Positions 31,637 to 47,526 of a stretch of 64,000 nucleotides of DNA are shown piece by piece. The notes beneath the pieces were generated by a model. The model made no database searches. It saw only the letters and a list, made by a program, of their open reading frames with translations, and had not been told where the DNA came from. A program made the translations under genes and the position numbers. Source of the DNA: Blastocystis sp. Blastoise (Eukaryota; Protista; Bigyra: Opalinata); the NCBI GenBank assembly GCA_039096225.1, contig JBBPEB010000024.1, positions 372,001 through 436,000 on the forward strand, given 5' to 3'. Positions within the stretch are counted from its first letter, which is position 1, and each line of letters begins with the position of its first letter.

Positions 31637-34600
31637 CACTGGTGGGCAGCTTTTTAAAATCGTGAAAATTCTGGTATGCACCCTAGCTGTTTTTTGGTAT
31701 AAAAAAAGTGATTTTCTGGTATATACAGGACTTTTCCTGGTATAAACTTATGGTGGGTTTTGTATTCCTATAGTTACGGGGGATGTATCTTTTTATGACT
31801 ACGACTTATTTTTAATGTTTATTTTTGGTATTCCATAATGACAGTGGTTGTATTTACTGTTGATATATATAAGATAAAAATGTTCATAACAACATCTAAT
31901 TTACATTTTAGACTTTCATTAGGGCTATTTTAGACTGTTTTAAACACATTATTTCTTTGTCTTCTTTTAATACATATTTTAGTTGTTTAAGCATAAAAAA
32001 CAATAAAAATAACAAAATACAAAAAAATTAAAGAATAAACAATTAAATAAAGCAAAATATAAAAAACTATTATTTAATTTTGACCGAGGGACTTTGTTTT
32101 CTACTCATATAAGGAACCTATAAAAATATAATTATAGAAATGTAATAAATAAAAGGATAAATAAATACATACAGTTTAAGAGCTCATGGAGAATCGCATT
32201 TCCTTGAAGCAGAACAACAAGAGAGGTTACCTTTGAAATCAAGTTATTTCTGATCAGCTGATCGTTATAGAAGAAGCTATATTTAGAATCGCCAAGAGAA
32301 TCTGTGCTTATTTTTGAATAATTTGAGTTATATATACAAGCTATAGAATAATAGATATAAAAGGAATGAAAAAAATACCATTTTAAAGAAAACAACCAAC
32401 TTTATAAATATTAATAAATATAAAGATATTTGTAAGAATTTTCTTGAAAAAAGAATAAGCATGGCCCTGAATATGAATTTGTATGAAATTTTTTTATATA
32501 TAAGAAAAGTTCTAAAATCCAGGGGTTATTTCGACTCTGTAATATTTTTAGTAAAACTTCACTTTGAAGTTAAGAAAAATGTATATATTGATGCTTATGT
32601 AATATGGTTCTTTATAAATATATAAATTGTACTCTGACAATGGTTTTAAGGTTACTGATGAAAAAAACTCTATTCTTGAAGGCAATTACTTTCATATTTG
32701 TTTTACTTATGAGCTTTATTGACGTTGTAGTGTTGATTGATTGTCAGTGAGTCGTTTTGAGTCAAAACATATACAAATAGGAAACTTTTATCAAACTGAT
32801 TAACAAATACTGAGATAAAATATTTTATTATATTTATGTTTTCTTTTAATAGCAATACACTTGTAGAGATGAATAAGTGCAAAATTAGCTTTTAAAAAGC
32901 TTAATTGAATGGTTTTAAGGCTATTTTCAATTAATAAAATTATTTTCTAAAAATATTATAAATATATATATATAAGCTTTATTTTTAATTATTTTCATTT
33001 AAAAATGATAATAAAAATTAAAAGATTATGAACTACTATAGATTATACAAAGAGAATTAAGTAAAATAATTTATTAATATTATAATAATAAAAAAATATA
33101 TATATATAATAATAAAAAGTAAATATATATATAAGAATGAGATAATAAATGATTATGGATTATTTTTTGTTCAGAATAGATATATTTAGCTATAGAAACA
33201 TATATAAATATAAATACAAATATAAATATATACACAGGTAAATTTAAATATATATAAATAAATGAACATAAACAATTTTATATATACATAAATAAGTATA
33301 TATATATATACTGAAACATTAATATATTTCTCTATATCACTAAAACTTCTTTCTTTTTCTCCTTCTTCATTTCTATTTCTTCTTTATTTTATCTATATAT
33401 ATATATATATCAGTTAGTTTAAAATAAAATAAATTAGTAATTAATAATTTCCAAGACCTTTATATACCTAATTATATACATTAATTCTTAATATAAAAAT
33501 ATAAAGAAAATTCACGGGAATAAGATCTATATATAAATAGATATATTATTTTAAATATTTTGTTAAAAAAAAACATATATATATATATATATATAAATTT
33601 CTCTACTAATAAAAAATTATGATATAATAAGAATAACATTATATACTATAGAACAAATAGTAGTACCAGAAAGTATACAATATAAGTTATCTTGAGTATT
33701 TAAAAAGGAATAATAGATTCTAACACTATATATACTTATATAAAAATAAATATAGACAAATATATATACATATATATAGAATAGTAGCTAAATAATAATA
33801 ATAATAATTATATATATATACATATCTTTACTTGTTTTATAGACATAATATACACTTATTGTAAACTTCATTTTTCTTTTAAAAAAGAATAAATAAATTT
33901 AACTATATATATATTATAATAAAAATCAATAAAGATATATTAATTATGATATATATACTTATATGTATAATTTTGAGTTTTTATTTTTTTCATATCATAA
34001 CTTATTTAATACTCAATAAATGTATATAATATTTCTTTGATACATTCATAAAATATAGCTATAGATAGAGAGAGATATAATAATAATTTTATTGTATATA
34101 GTAATATAAAATGTTATATATAAAGAATAATAATAGTAATATTTCTTTTAATAATATACATAATAGTATCTTAAATCATATAAAAATAATTAACTAGAAG
34201 AAGAAGATGTTTTTGTTTGCTCATTATAACTTATTTATCATCTTCTTTTAATGATATTCAGCTAATTATAATAGCTATATATAATAATATAAATATTTAA
34301 AAATATTATAAATAAAAATATACGTTTATAATAATGTAATTACTCTATATAATTCCCAAATAAATTCATATCTTTATAAACAATAAAAATATATAAATAA
34401 ACACAATCTTATTATAATTGATACACGTCTATCTATATCTATATTTCTATCTATCTATATAATACAAATAGTAATAATAAAAATAAATAAATAGAATAAA
34501 AGTATTACTAGTAATAAATACATATATACTTTTCTATTAGTATCTATGCCTTACTATTCTATATAAAAACTTCAATCTATAATGCAGTACATATCCATAT

Positions 34601-37079
34601 AGTGTATCTAAAGGAATAAGAAAAGATGATATCAATCTATGTCAAATAAAGAAGAAAGATATTCACCAAAATCCATCATTATATCATCATAACAATAACA
34701 TCTTTTTCATCATTTTTAAAAGATAAAGATAATAGGATACCTATATATGATATTCCTAGTAACTGATAATAAACTATTTTTTTATATAAATACAGAGAAT
34801 CTAACACTTAAACAACTCGATTCTTATTATATTCATCAGGAAGAGAAACAATAAGAAAAAATACAGGTTTGACCAAGAGAGAGACTTAAGAACCAATTGA
34901 AGATCTATATAAACTATCTATTAATAGAAATATATTAATCATACCTTATAAACCAAGAAATTGAAAACCTTATATACTCTCTCAACTTCTATTACATACT
35001 ATTTAAAACTATATATATATAATAGTTTATTATACAATAATATGATTTAAATGTATATAAGTATTATATATATATACAAAAAAAGATTAATTCATATAAA
35101 GATATTTACTAATAAATTTATTCTCCAAATCGTTATTATTATTAGGAATAAAAACATTTATATCTTTACTGATGAGAATAACATAAAATTATCTACTTCT
35201 TATTATCCTGAAGAACTATATATAGATAATATAGATTAATATATAATAATATATAGAATAATAATAAACAATATAATAATAATATATATGTATAAAATAT
35301 ATATATATAATAATATATTTAATAATAGATATACACATAATTATATATATATATATCACGAAGATTCTAATAATCAACATAATAATAGACTTCTTCATTA
35401 ATTATCATTTATTATATCCTTCTATAGATATAGATATATAATAAATATATTATAGTATACTATATTATTTCTATTAAATTATATATATATATATATATAC
35501 CATATTATAACGGAAACAAGTAGTAATAACCTCTATTCTATATTCATAAGGATTAAGTCTCAATATTCTAATAGAATTCAATGCCTATATATATAATTTG
35601 ATTTTTTTTACATATTTTTAAAATAAATATATAAAATATATATATATATTAAAAAAGAATAAAAATAATAATAAAATATATATATATATACAATAAATTT
35701 TTATAATAAACTTTGAGATATTTGTTTAACGAATCAACTAATACTATATAAACAATAAATAGAATGAATATATAAAATATAAAAAAAACTATAAGAATAA
35801 ATATATATTTCTACTAATAAATACTATAAGACCTATATATACAAAACTATAGATAAAAGTAAATAATTAAATTAAAAATAAATAATTATATAAAACAATA
35901 CTATTTAATATATATCTGAATTAAATATATGAAATAAATTAAATAAAATAACATAAAAATAATAATAATAAAAATATTTATATATACCTAAAAAATGAAA
36001 AGGAAGAATTTTCTTTTTTAATTAAACCACTTTTTCAAGATTCGATAACTACCCTAGAGTAATATAGATAGTGAATAAAGTAAAATAAATAAAAGAATAA
36101 ATAAAAATAAATATATACAGAAATGAATGTCTCCCATTCTCTCACTTTTGTTTTGATTTGAATTTATTTTGATTTAAAATCGTCAACCATTAGTACATAA
36201 GTGATTTGAAGAATCTCATTCAATTACAACCTAAATAAATAAAATAGAAATTAGACAAAATTATTATATTTTATATTTATATACTTTTGAAGAGACCTGT
36301 GTGACTAAAGTGAAGGCTTGAAACTGTTAGTGACACCTATAAGTTCTAAAAATAAATAAACGATAACATAATTACTGATTAAGTATTTGTATATAAAATA
36401 ATTATAAAATATTTACTAGTATAAAGGTTCACAGACTTCCTGAGATAGTTGATGCTCGAAAATAAATGAAAAGCAATCAACAAAGCTGGATAAGCTTAAA
36501 AATAAATTTTTGATTTTTTAAAGAAATAAATTTTTTTTATACATTTTTTCTTTTGTTAGTTAAAGACTTTTTTTCGACCGATTTTTTTCTTTTTTTGTCT
36601 TAAACTGAACTCAAACCCTAACCCTAACCCTAGACAAGAAAAATGGTCCACCAGTGACAATTTTCTGACATTCATAAGAATGGCAACTTTATCATAATTC
36701 ACATTCAATTCTATGTTCTTTCGAGTCTGTGAATTCGTTAGTATACGTGAATAATTCAATTAAGTAAATTGTCGAACAAAATTAAAAATGATTGTCCTAG
36801 ATATTGTGGATAATTTCTTGAATATGTTATAGAAAGTCTTAAATTATCAGTTAATATACAAATAAAACATCTTACTATCAGTTTCTTAGATATAAATATA
36901 TAAATATAAAACAACGAATTTATATGAGTGTCCACACAACATTATACCAAGTTTATTTTTGTTTTTGTGGTATAAATTACTTTCGTCGGTATAAAAAAAA
37001 TTAAAGACCGATTTTTTCGTAGTTTTGGTATAAATTTATGGGGAACCTGGTATAAAAGGGAAAAAGCTGCCCACCAGTG
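31637..37079 (-). mobile_element. CACTG-ended element, copy 2, inverted relative to copy 1
   Basis: Same TIRs; terminal ~1-1.4 kb at each end nearly identical to the reverse complement of copy 1; flanked by ATAT on both sides (possible 2- or 4-bp TSD). Confidence 0.9.
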
Positions 37080-37335
37080 ATATCCATAAAATAGATATAT
37101 TTATATAAAGTATTTCTAATAAAAGGATATTTTTTTATTCCTAAAAAATTATATATTGATTACTATTAATAAACTTTTAATAATTAAATTACAGTTATAA
37201 GACAATTAACAAAACTACTTTTATATATTTAATTTATGAAAAATAATATATATATATTGAAAAAAAATTTCCAATAAAGAAAAACAAAAAATATAAATAC
37301 CGATTGAAATAAAAAAATAATAAGGAATTTTAATA

Positions 37336-38825
37336 TTATATTCTTCCCCAGACTTCATAATCTTCTACTGTAAAACTATTACCAGAATTAGAATCATTAG
37401 TATTCACAAATAATGAATGTTTTTGAGGAGTACTTACTTCAGAATAAGAATGTGCATTACAATAAGAATCAGTATTACTATAACATTGATCAGATATCTT
37501 GATGTCATGGCCACCTCCAAATATGGGACCATAAGAAGAATAACAATATATAGCTTTACTTCTATCACTATTTATATAATCATATTTAGTAGGAGGAATA
37601 CCATGTTCATTAGTTAATGTAAAGAGAAATCCTTTAGAATAGAATTTATAGCCTGAACCAGCCCAACTTTGATTTGTATATCCTCCAAATATATTAATAT
37701 GATTATTATAACCTATATGTTCAATTATAGTTACTGTTTCTCCTTTATTATCACAATATCTATGAAATTCACTTGCAGAATAATCATGTTCACTTGCTCT
37801 AAATAATAATTTCCATTTCTTTTCTTTACCAAGCCAATTCACTAATGAAGTGTCTAATACTTTATTAAAAATAATATTACTTCCTTTAAACCATCTTTGT
37901 TCCATTCCTTCTTTTACTTTTTCTTTTCCTTTATCACCAAATAAACTATACATTTCATTCTCTAATAATTCTCTGTTTACAGTCTTAGTTTTCTCTTCAG
38001 AAATATATATACAATTATACTGAATATATTCATAAATATAATCAATATATTCAAAATTTATCTTTATAAACATTTCATTATTCTTCTCATTATAATCTAC
38101 ATATCCATCACCATATTCACCAACAATCTTATTCCATAATCCATTCTTCTTTAAAAATTCTTTTAATCTATCATCTTTCTTATCATTTATATAAAGAATA
38201 ACATCATTACCTTCTTTATATTGTTTCACTACATGATTATTTCTAAATCTATATGGATATTTTACAAATTCTTCAGGCATAGGTAAATTACAATAATCAA
38301 ACATTCTTAATAAATCAAGTTGATCTCTTAATTCCAATTTATCAATATTCACTTTCTTATTCATTAAAGAATCAATTAATAAAGGAAAAAGTGTTTCATC
38401 ACCATTATAATCTAAATAAATTTCACCAAAAATATTTCTTTTATTTTCTTGAGAATATTCATATAAATAGCTACCTACTAAACTATTTGTTATTCTTTTA
38501 GGAAGAGAATAAACTAGGCCATTATTAGTGAATCGATATAATCAATTCCATTATCATTATTATTCATAGTAGTATCACATTCATAAATATATGAAGATTC
38601 TTGGATAATTATACTTGGATCATCACCATTCTTATCATTCATTCCTTCACAATTTCTTACGGATTGCTTTACTAATTCATTTATAGATTCACCTGAATGA
38701 ATACAGAAACTTATTGACTTACTTAAAATACCAATCAAATCATCAATCAGTCTTTCAAAATAAATTACATCCTTCTGAATATCAACCATCTTATTCGCAT
38801 CAAATCCTACACTCTCGTTCACCAT
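37336..38825 (-). pseudogene. BTB/POZ-like + TLDc gene, copy 3; intronless, with a 1-nt frameshift near 38535
   Basis: MVNESVGFD... joins IRFTNNGLVYSL.. after a single-base shift, then reads open through the 342-aa ORF to VEDYEVWGRI. The frameshift could be an assembly error. Confidence 0.75.
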
Positions 38826-40603
38826 TTGATTTATGAAATATGAATATTTGAAGAACAAAGCAGTATCCCTAATTCAAAAGCTTAGTCTCTTTTAAAGAAA
38901 CTCTTTTGAAATACAAGTATCTACTTTTAAATGTGTTTCTCCCTCTTCAAGGCGAACAATATTAATTTTGTAGGGTAGGTTTTTTGTCGTGGAATTCTTT
39001 CAGTCACTCCCAAAGTATTTGTTGTCTCGTTTAATTTTTTTTTGGAAAATAATTTCCCGTGTTTATTTTTCAATTAATTTTCTTTCCTTATTAGTCACTT
39101 ATTTTGCATTTATAAGTATAAGAAGTATTTCAAATAATTGTGAATTATTATATTTCATATAAATATGCTATAAATTTGTTAGAATGGACTGTTCATTACT
39201 AAATCTTCACATCATTTAGTATTTAAACAATGAATTGAATACTGATAAAACATATGTGACACTCTAATAATGTTATGGTATTCTTATTCATTTTTGATAA
39301 CTTGTTTGATTTGCAATTTCTTCTGTAATCCTCTTATTTTATCTGAAAATATGTTTTACTTATATTTATGTATAATATATATACTTGGCTTTGATAATTA
39401 TGACTATTCTAAAATGTTATTGTTATGTTTTTCTAATAATCATTCTCTTTTTCTAATTATAATTAACAAGTTTCTTTTATTTAATAAAATATATTTGCAA
39501 CATATATATATAGATTAATCAAAAATATTTTCTATTGTCTTCTGACGCAGTTATATCTCCTCTTTCCATCATTTCTCTCTACTATTTATTATCATTAATA
39601 CCACTTCTATTTCACACCATATTGTCCTCTAATTTTTATACAATAATTTATCATGATATCTTATGTAATTTATTATTATAATTTATAATATATTATCTAT
39701 AAATATGATGAGTAACAACTATTTTTGATAGTAAATTCAAGAAGATATTAATGTCAATATGAATGTAAATATAGTTTTCAATATTTTTGATATGTTAATA
39801 AATGTAATATATCAATTAATAAGAATAATATCGATTATATTTATTTTACAGTTTTCAACTAATAATCTACATATATTTAAAGTTATTTAATAAATTATGA
39901 TGTATTTAAGATAAAATCACTACCCATATAAAACTTCATTTGATTCATAAATAGTTGTTGTCAACGCATATAATTATTAAATAAAACATATATTCATTGA
40001 TATTTCTGTTTATATACATATAATTCAATAATTTATAAACCCTATTTATCATAACATAAAAATATAATTCAATAAGCAATGTATATTACATATTAATTAT
40101 TTTTTGAAAATTCATATTAAATAATTAAACAAGCATCTTATATAACAATATTTTAATCAAGTTATAAATTATTTAAAAAAGAAACTTATTAGTTTTTTAG
40201 TATATTAATAAAAATAGGACTAATAAAGTAAAAATATTTTCTATATTCTCTATCATTTGAAAAATATAATACAGTCTACTTTAATAAAAAAATGATATCT
40301 ACTTATACTTTATATATCATTGAAATAGATCTATATTGATAGAAATAATACTAATAAAGACTAGTATTTAGAATATAACAATAGATTCCTAATAAGTATA
40401 AAAATTGTATTCGAACCTAAATTGTTTTAATCATTTGCTTCTATATTTCACATGTATTTAATCATTACAACTTTAAAATAAAACAAAAATATATACAATA
40501 TAATGAGTAGAAACGTTATGAATACTTTATGAGAAATATGAAAAGAAATATAGAGAATTAATTAGAACAATATAAATATTAAAAAACAGCAAAAAAAGCA
40601 AAA

Positions 40604-41457
40604 TTAAAATAAGTTGAATTCATAATTTACATGATTCTCTTGAATAAATGACGAATAATTCAGTTTATTTTTATATATATCAATATGTTCAGAAGAGATC
40701 TTATCACCTAAATAATAAAATATAAATATAAATAATTATATATATACTAATATATATAATAATTTCTTTCAATTGAGAAATCTTTCCTAAAGTAATAAAA
40801 TTGATAAGTTTTGATAATTGTTCTTCATCATATATATCTATTATAATGAAACATTATACAATAGATTGAAAAATAATATACATATTTTTATGTATTTTAA
40901 ATGTTTAGTTTGAATTCCATTTATACAATCAAATAATGTTTCTATCTCATATTTATTCATCACTTTATCTATATATATATATATACTATGTTATATATAT
41001 TTATATATATACCATTTGTACCAATAATTGTATTCATAAATATATTAGTGTCGTATTTAAGTCTAAAAATTGAAACTTCAGGATTATAAATATATTTATC
41101 ATTAGAGTAGTTTTCTATATCAATAAAAATATTAATGAATATTACTATAATGATATATGATTACATACCATATAATTGAATAGTAGTTGATGATAGAAAG
41201 TTATTATTATGTATATATTTACATAATTCTTGAATAAAAACAGAAGAAAAATCTGTAAAAAAATGGCAGCCTATTGATATATATTATTAAAATAATTATT
41301 ATTATTCTTAATATATATATACAAAAATGTATAGATTTTAATTGAGGAAAATTATCTGTAGTATATAGTTTGTAAAAACTATCATTGCGCATATCGTTGG
41401 TATCTAGAATGAAATGTATTATAATTAGGATGAGATAATATTATATACTATAATTAA

Positions 41458-41493
<36 letters not shown>

Positions 41494-41736
41494 TTATAGT
41501 TAATTTATTTGTATTATGGAAATATTCTTTTTGAATTAATTGGTTTATAAAAGTCATATTACCTTTATTATAATAATGTAATTAAATAATTATTAATTTG
41601 TCATAATATATATATATATATATACAATGTATTATAACATTAGAAGCCTTAGGAATTAATTTCTTGATTATATTTTTATATTCATTTAAATATTTAGAGG
41701 ATGTGTTTTCATCAATAGAAAACACTATATAAATAA

Positions 41737-41767
<31 letters not shown>

Positions 41768-44423
41768 ATTTTTAGACCATAATATACAATTAAGAGTTAA
41801 TTCATGAATAGTATTAAACATATTATTATCAAAGAGACTTGATATCCATTTTAAATAATTTATACTACTATCTTCTTCAACTATAGATATTATACGAAAT
41901 AGATAATAATTTAATATAAAGAATGAATATACATGAAACAGTTAATTTATTCAAATGTTGTAATACACTACTCTTTAAGAATTTTGATAAAGAGTTTCTT
42001 ATATCATTTTTACTAGGTTGCTTATCATCACTATGTTCTTCATTATAATTATTATTATTTTCTTCTTCTTCTTCTTCTACAAATGAATATATATTATTGT
42101 CATATATTATATATTTATTAAATATAAATAGATACCTTCAAATGTAATATCTATGCAATCAATATTTTGGTTGTATTTCTCAAAATAATCTAACTTTATG
42201 ATATTTTCAGAATCAGTAAAACCAACTTTATAGAATATAAATATATATAATAAACATATAATATATTAGAAAAAATAAAGAAATGTTTTATACTAGAAAG
42301 TTCTTTAAAGGAAATAAGATTTTTTTCTAATAATTCTTTTAAATTCAGAAAACAATTCGCAAAATTATCTATACACGAAGAAAATAAATAGAATTATTTA
42401 TGTAAATAGTATTACATTCTTAAATATATATATATAATAAATTCGCTATATACCAATTCCATCAATATGAATTGAATGAGTATACACTAGTTTATTTAAA
42501 AGACAGGCTATTTCATTCTTTTGATCAGAATCAATTCTATCTATATGAATAGTATCAATCATAGACATTAAATTCTTAGGAAATAGTGACTCAAAATTAT
42601 TAACATCTATTAAATAACAATAGATAAACTATAGGTACATTAATATACCTATATGTATATCGTAATTAATAATATGTAATTTGGGAAAACATTCGTTTTT
42701 TATTGAAGATAATTGGAACAATACTATATATATAGAATAACTAATTTAGTATATATATATGATCATAATCATCATAGATGAGCTCAGTAACATTTGGAAA
42801 TACATGAGTTGTCATTATTGTATTAAAAAGATTCTCATCAATTTTGTTAGATAATGTTTTAACTATATTAAATAATAATATTGATAATAATAAATAGAAA
42901 AGAATACTCCAGAAAACACTTAATGTAGTTGAAGAATCAAAAACACCTTCTTCTAATGTTTTATCATTATTGACGCATTATATTGTGAATAATCATCTAT
43001 ATTAATAATTTATTATATATATATAAATATACATGTAATAATCTCGATTTGTGAAATTGAATAATATGAAAAGAGATGTAATAATTGAGAAATACCCCAT
43101 TTAGAAGATACTTTGTCAATTCTATATTATATATATATATATTAGAATTATTTAATAATCATTCTTAATATAGAAGAATATCATTATATACCCAAATGTT
43201 TTGCTGTTTTTCTTATCTATAAAATGATAATAAAATAAAGGAAGCGATAGAATATATATATATATATATGCCATCATATTTAATTATGATTCTATCTTCT
43301 GTGTTATTAACGTAGCATTTCTTTACTTCTGAATAATCATTCTTATATATAGCTTCATCAACAACATATTTATATAATTTAGGTAACATATTCTCTTCTC
43401 TTCTTTCATTATACGAATCAATTAAATCAGATGTATAATATAGTTTATTGATATCTAAAGAAGACATGTTATTATATTCATTCATTTCTGATTCAGTATA
43501 ATATTCATAATCATCAGAATTCTTTATTTTATCTTCATCACTATAGTATAGGCGAGAATATTCCATTATATATTCATCACTATTTGGATTCAATAATTGA
43601 TTAGTTTTCTTATAATGTGTTGTTACTATAGGTATATTTATTATTATAAAATTATATATATACTAATTATTTTTAATTCTTCTAAAGAAGGGAACATATC
43701 TTGAATACACGATGGACATATATATTCTAATGGAATATTTGATGAATAATTATCTGTATACGTTATTATCATATATATATATATATATATATACATTTAA
43801 TATCAACTTTAGTAATATTCATCATTTAAAAAAAAAGAGAATAATATAATAATTCATCTTTTCGTTGAGGAGTAAATAATCCTTGTATAATACATTATTA
43901 GTAAAGAATAACATAAATACCATCTATGTCAATTTCTTTCTTATTTAAATTAAATAATTCCTTAGGGAACTTTAAATTATCCACACTTTTCATCTGATGC
44001 ATGTAATTATACAGTGTATAATCATTTTCATTTAAATATATAGGAAATAATTCTTTTATATGAAATAATTAATCATTTCATATTGTGATATCAGTAAAAC
44101 CAGGATATTCTAAAATTGTTTTATATATATCATAACTATCTCGTAGATTTAAAGAAGAAATATCGTTGTTTTCGTCCATCAAAAAAGAAATCACTTTATC
44201 CATGCTCAGTGAAGGTATATCTATTAATAACTGCAATCTTCATATTTATCAGGGTGTTGTATAATATCATGAAAGTATGATTCAGGATATTTCTCTATAA
44301 ATTCTCCAGGAATCGATAATTGCGTCTCATCTTGAAATGTAAACAAATCTAGAACTGATAATTTTTTTATATTCATATTCAGATACATTTCTCTTCATTT
44401 AACCAAGATTTAGTGTCTGAAAT
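40604..44423 (-). pseudogene. BTB-like + LRR-like family member E, disabled
   Basis: Colinear with A/C (FTFQDETQL..., ENHVNYEFNLF-TAA), but the start codon is ATT, there is a frameshift at the SYYID motif, in-frame TGA/TAA near 44070-44080, and a mutated donor near 42762. Confidence 0.8.
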
Positions 44424-45199
44424 CACTCAAATACAACTATAAGCAGAGAATGATCATATAGTATTATACTCAAAATACGATAATCTATATAAATAACGTA
44501 TAAATACCTTTTAATGACTATAATATAATAAAAATATAATAAATCCTTGAGATAACAAAGAAAATAATTTGTATTTCTTTTATATAATAAATTCGTGAAT
44601 TTATTGTATTTGTTAGTAAGATATTAAAGAATTTTCATGATTATAATTATTCAGACATTTTCAGAGATATTTCTTCATTTGTTTTATTTGAATAGAGATT
44701 TATTGTTTTAAAAACGTATATGAATATATCATCCTTCTTTGAGAAAAAATATATCAGATTTAATGAGAAATAACACTAAAATCAATACATCAATAAACAC
44801 TAATTCGACTGTGCTATCTTTTTATTTATATATGTATTATAATAAACATTACTGAAATTCAATAAATAATAAATTCGATAGTATTTTGTTAATAATGTTA
44901 ATAAATGAAATTTTTTCTCTGTTTTAAAGTTGTTTTATATTGCTATTATAATTAAATATAAAAATACATATTTAATAAGCATGAATACACAATATGGATA
45001 GAGATATAAGCAAATATTAAAAAATGTTTTTTTTTTTGAATTCCACGTTCAAAGTATGGGAAAAAAGTCTTCTTTGATATGGTCCTTATTCTTGGAGTCT
45101 TTTAGATTCCTTTCAATCCGTGAAAAACTTTTTCAGCATCAGCTTAAATGAATTCCTAAGAAAAAATATTTTCTAAACATTATTATCTGGATTATTTAA

Positions 45200-47500
45200 T
45201 TATATAGAGTGTTATTTTATTATTTATATTTATAGTATGTTTTATTTGGTATATTATGATAGATTAGAATTGAAATGAATTTAAATAATAAACCAATTGG
45301 TGAATCATTCTTTCAAGTATGTGTTTATTTGATTTAATATTATTTGTATAGGTTTAAAAAACTGGTGTAAGAAAACTGGTGGTATTGTTTATTCGATATT
45401 GGAAGAAAACGTAATGATGGACATTTCATCGTTGAAAATATTTTTTGGTGAATGCTCTAGTGGTATGTTACGTGATATTTTATTTTAATATTCAATTACT
45501 TTTTAGGAAATTATTAAAAATAAAAAAACAATTGATCTCCATTACTAAGAAAATGATGTCTATGTCCTTCTAGATATTCAAGTGGTTTTATATTTTATTA
45601 AAAGTATATATTTATATTATTATCAATATAAAATTATATAGAAATGGTGAATGATTATTGGTTTAGAATTCTTGAAACTATTTGGTTTTATCACCATCAT
45701 CGACTCCTTGAGTGTATATATATATATTAAATAATTATTCTTTAGATTATATAGTGAATTAATAATGATTATATATAGAAAAAATCTTAATATATATACA
45801 TACTTGAAGAGTATCTATTTATTTATTTTTATTAAATTTATATATATATTTATTAAATTAGATTTTTATTATAGTTTTTATTTCCTTATGACTGAGGTTC
45901 TATTATATATATATATTATATTTATATATTTTATAGTATTACTATATAGACATAATAATGATTAAATTAGATTATTTAGTTACTCTACAAAAGGTATATA
46001 TATATATATTACACTCTTTCTCTTATATATATATTGGTTATTAATGTATAGATACAAAACAATTCAATATAAATATAATATTAGTTTTTTATTATTTATA
46101 AACATATATTATGAGTCATCAATTCTTTAAATATTTTATATTAATTTATATATTATTTTTACTCTATATATATTTATATATACTATTATTATAGATATTT
46201 AATCAGTGACTCTACATCAATAATACTACGTGATTAGGTATATATATATATATTTACATTCATATATTTCTAATATATTATTTTTTATCAAACATATTGT
46301 GGTGTTTATTATTAACATAATATATATATATGTTTATATATTAATTTTATTTATATATAGAATGATATTTTATTCTTATATTATGAAATTTATACTTATT
46401 AATTTCAATATATAGAATGTATATAGTTATATATATGAGTGTGATATTGTTATTAGTATATATATATTATTATTATAAATGTTTAGAGGATAGTTTTTTA
46501 TTTCTATTTAGTATATATATTATTATTATTATTATAAATGTTTAGAGGATATTTTTTTTATATTATTCAAATAGTTTATATAGTTTAATATTTATATGAC
46601 TATTATATTTCATATACACTTATTATTTGACTATTATATATATATATTAGAGATAATAATCTTATATAATTATTTATAGTTAATGATGATATAATGTGCA
46701 TATAATGACATTTATAGAGAAGTTATCCTTTCGTGTTTCTGAGGCATGCTATATATTGAACTCTTTTGTTTTTTATTATTATTGTTTATATATATATTCT
46801 TTTATTTATATAAATGTAACATAATTTTTATGTATATATTTTTTAATTAATTTTGAATTATTAATATTTTTTATCTATATTTCATATATATATAGTCTTT
46901 AACAGTGGCTTTTATTTGATTTCCGATAAGATTAGAATTATATATATATATATAGGTTTCTTTTTTAAATACTCTTTTGTATATAGAATTCAACCTTTTT
47001 TAATATATATAAAATCCTTGTTATATATTCTCTAGTTATTATTTTACAATAAGATTTTTTTTCTTTCTATATATTATTAATTATACTATAGAATCTAGAC
47101 TGTTTATAAAAACTATTATTATATTGTTGATAAAGTATTCTATATATATATATTACTTTATATATTTTTTATTTCTCTTATAATAATATAAATATTCTAA
47201 ACTTAATTATAGCCGATTCAGACATATATATATTTTTTTTATTCTTTTCATTCTCTTACTGTCTATTATAGAAGATATCTCTTACATTTTTCCTGTCTAT
47301 ATATATATATGTATATATTATACAATATTGATTTTATGTTAATTGCTTTATTTTATTATATTCTTTATTATACTTATATTCCTTATATATTCTACTAAAT
47401 ATTTTTATTCTACAGTCTTTCATTATATAGGTTCTTTAGTAATCGTTTATATACAATATATATAATTTTTTTTATAGTTTCTTTTGTGTTAAATGTACAT
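45200..47500 (+). pseudogene. Decayed multi-exon unit, product unidentified
   Basis: GC-richer exon-like blocks bounded by TAG| and |GTAT (e.g. GLKNWCKKTGGIVY.., ..NDYWFRILETIWF..), with stops or frameshifts in every joining I tried. Confidence 0.35.
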
Positions 47501-47526
47501 AGAGTTATATTCATATAATTAATATT

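Noticed and set aside
36556-36759. 67-aa ORF with LGLGLG
   Set aside because: LGLGLG is the translation of the TTAGGG repeats in the element's subterminal region; no coding support.
38930-39061. GC-richer block ending TTCCCGTG as another CAC-type terminus
   Set aside because: No partner end found; more simply the upstream region of TLDc copy 3.
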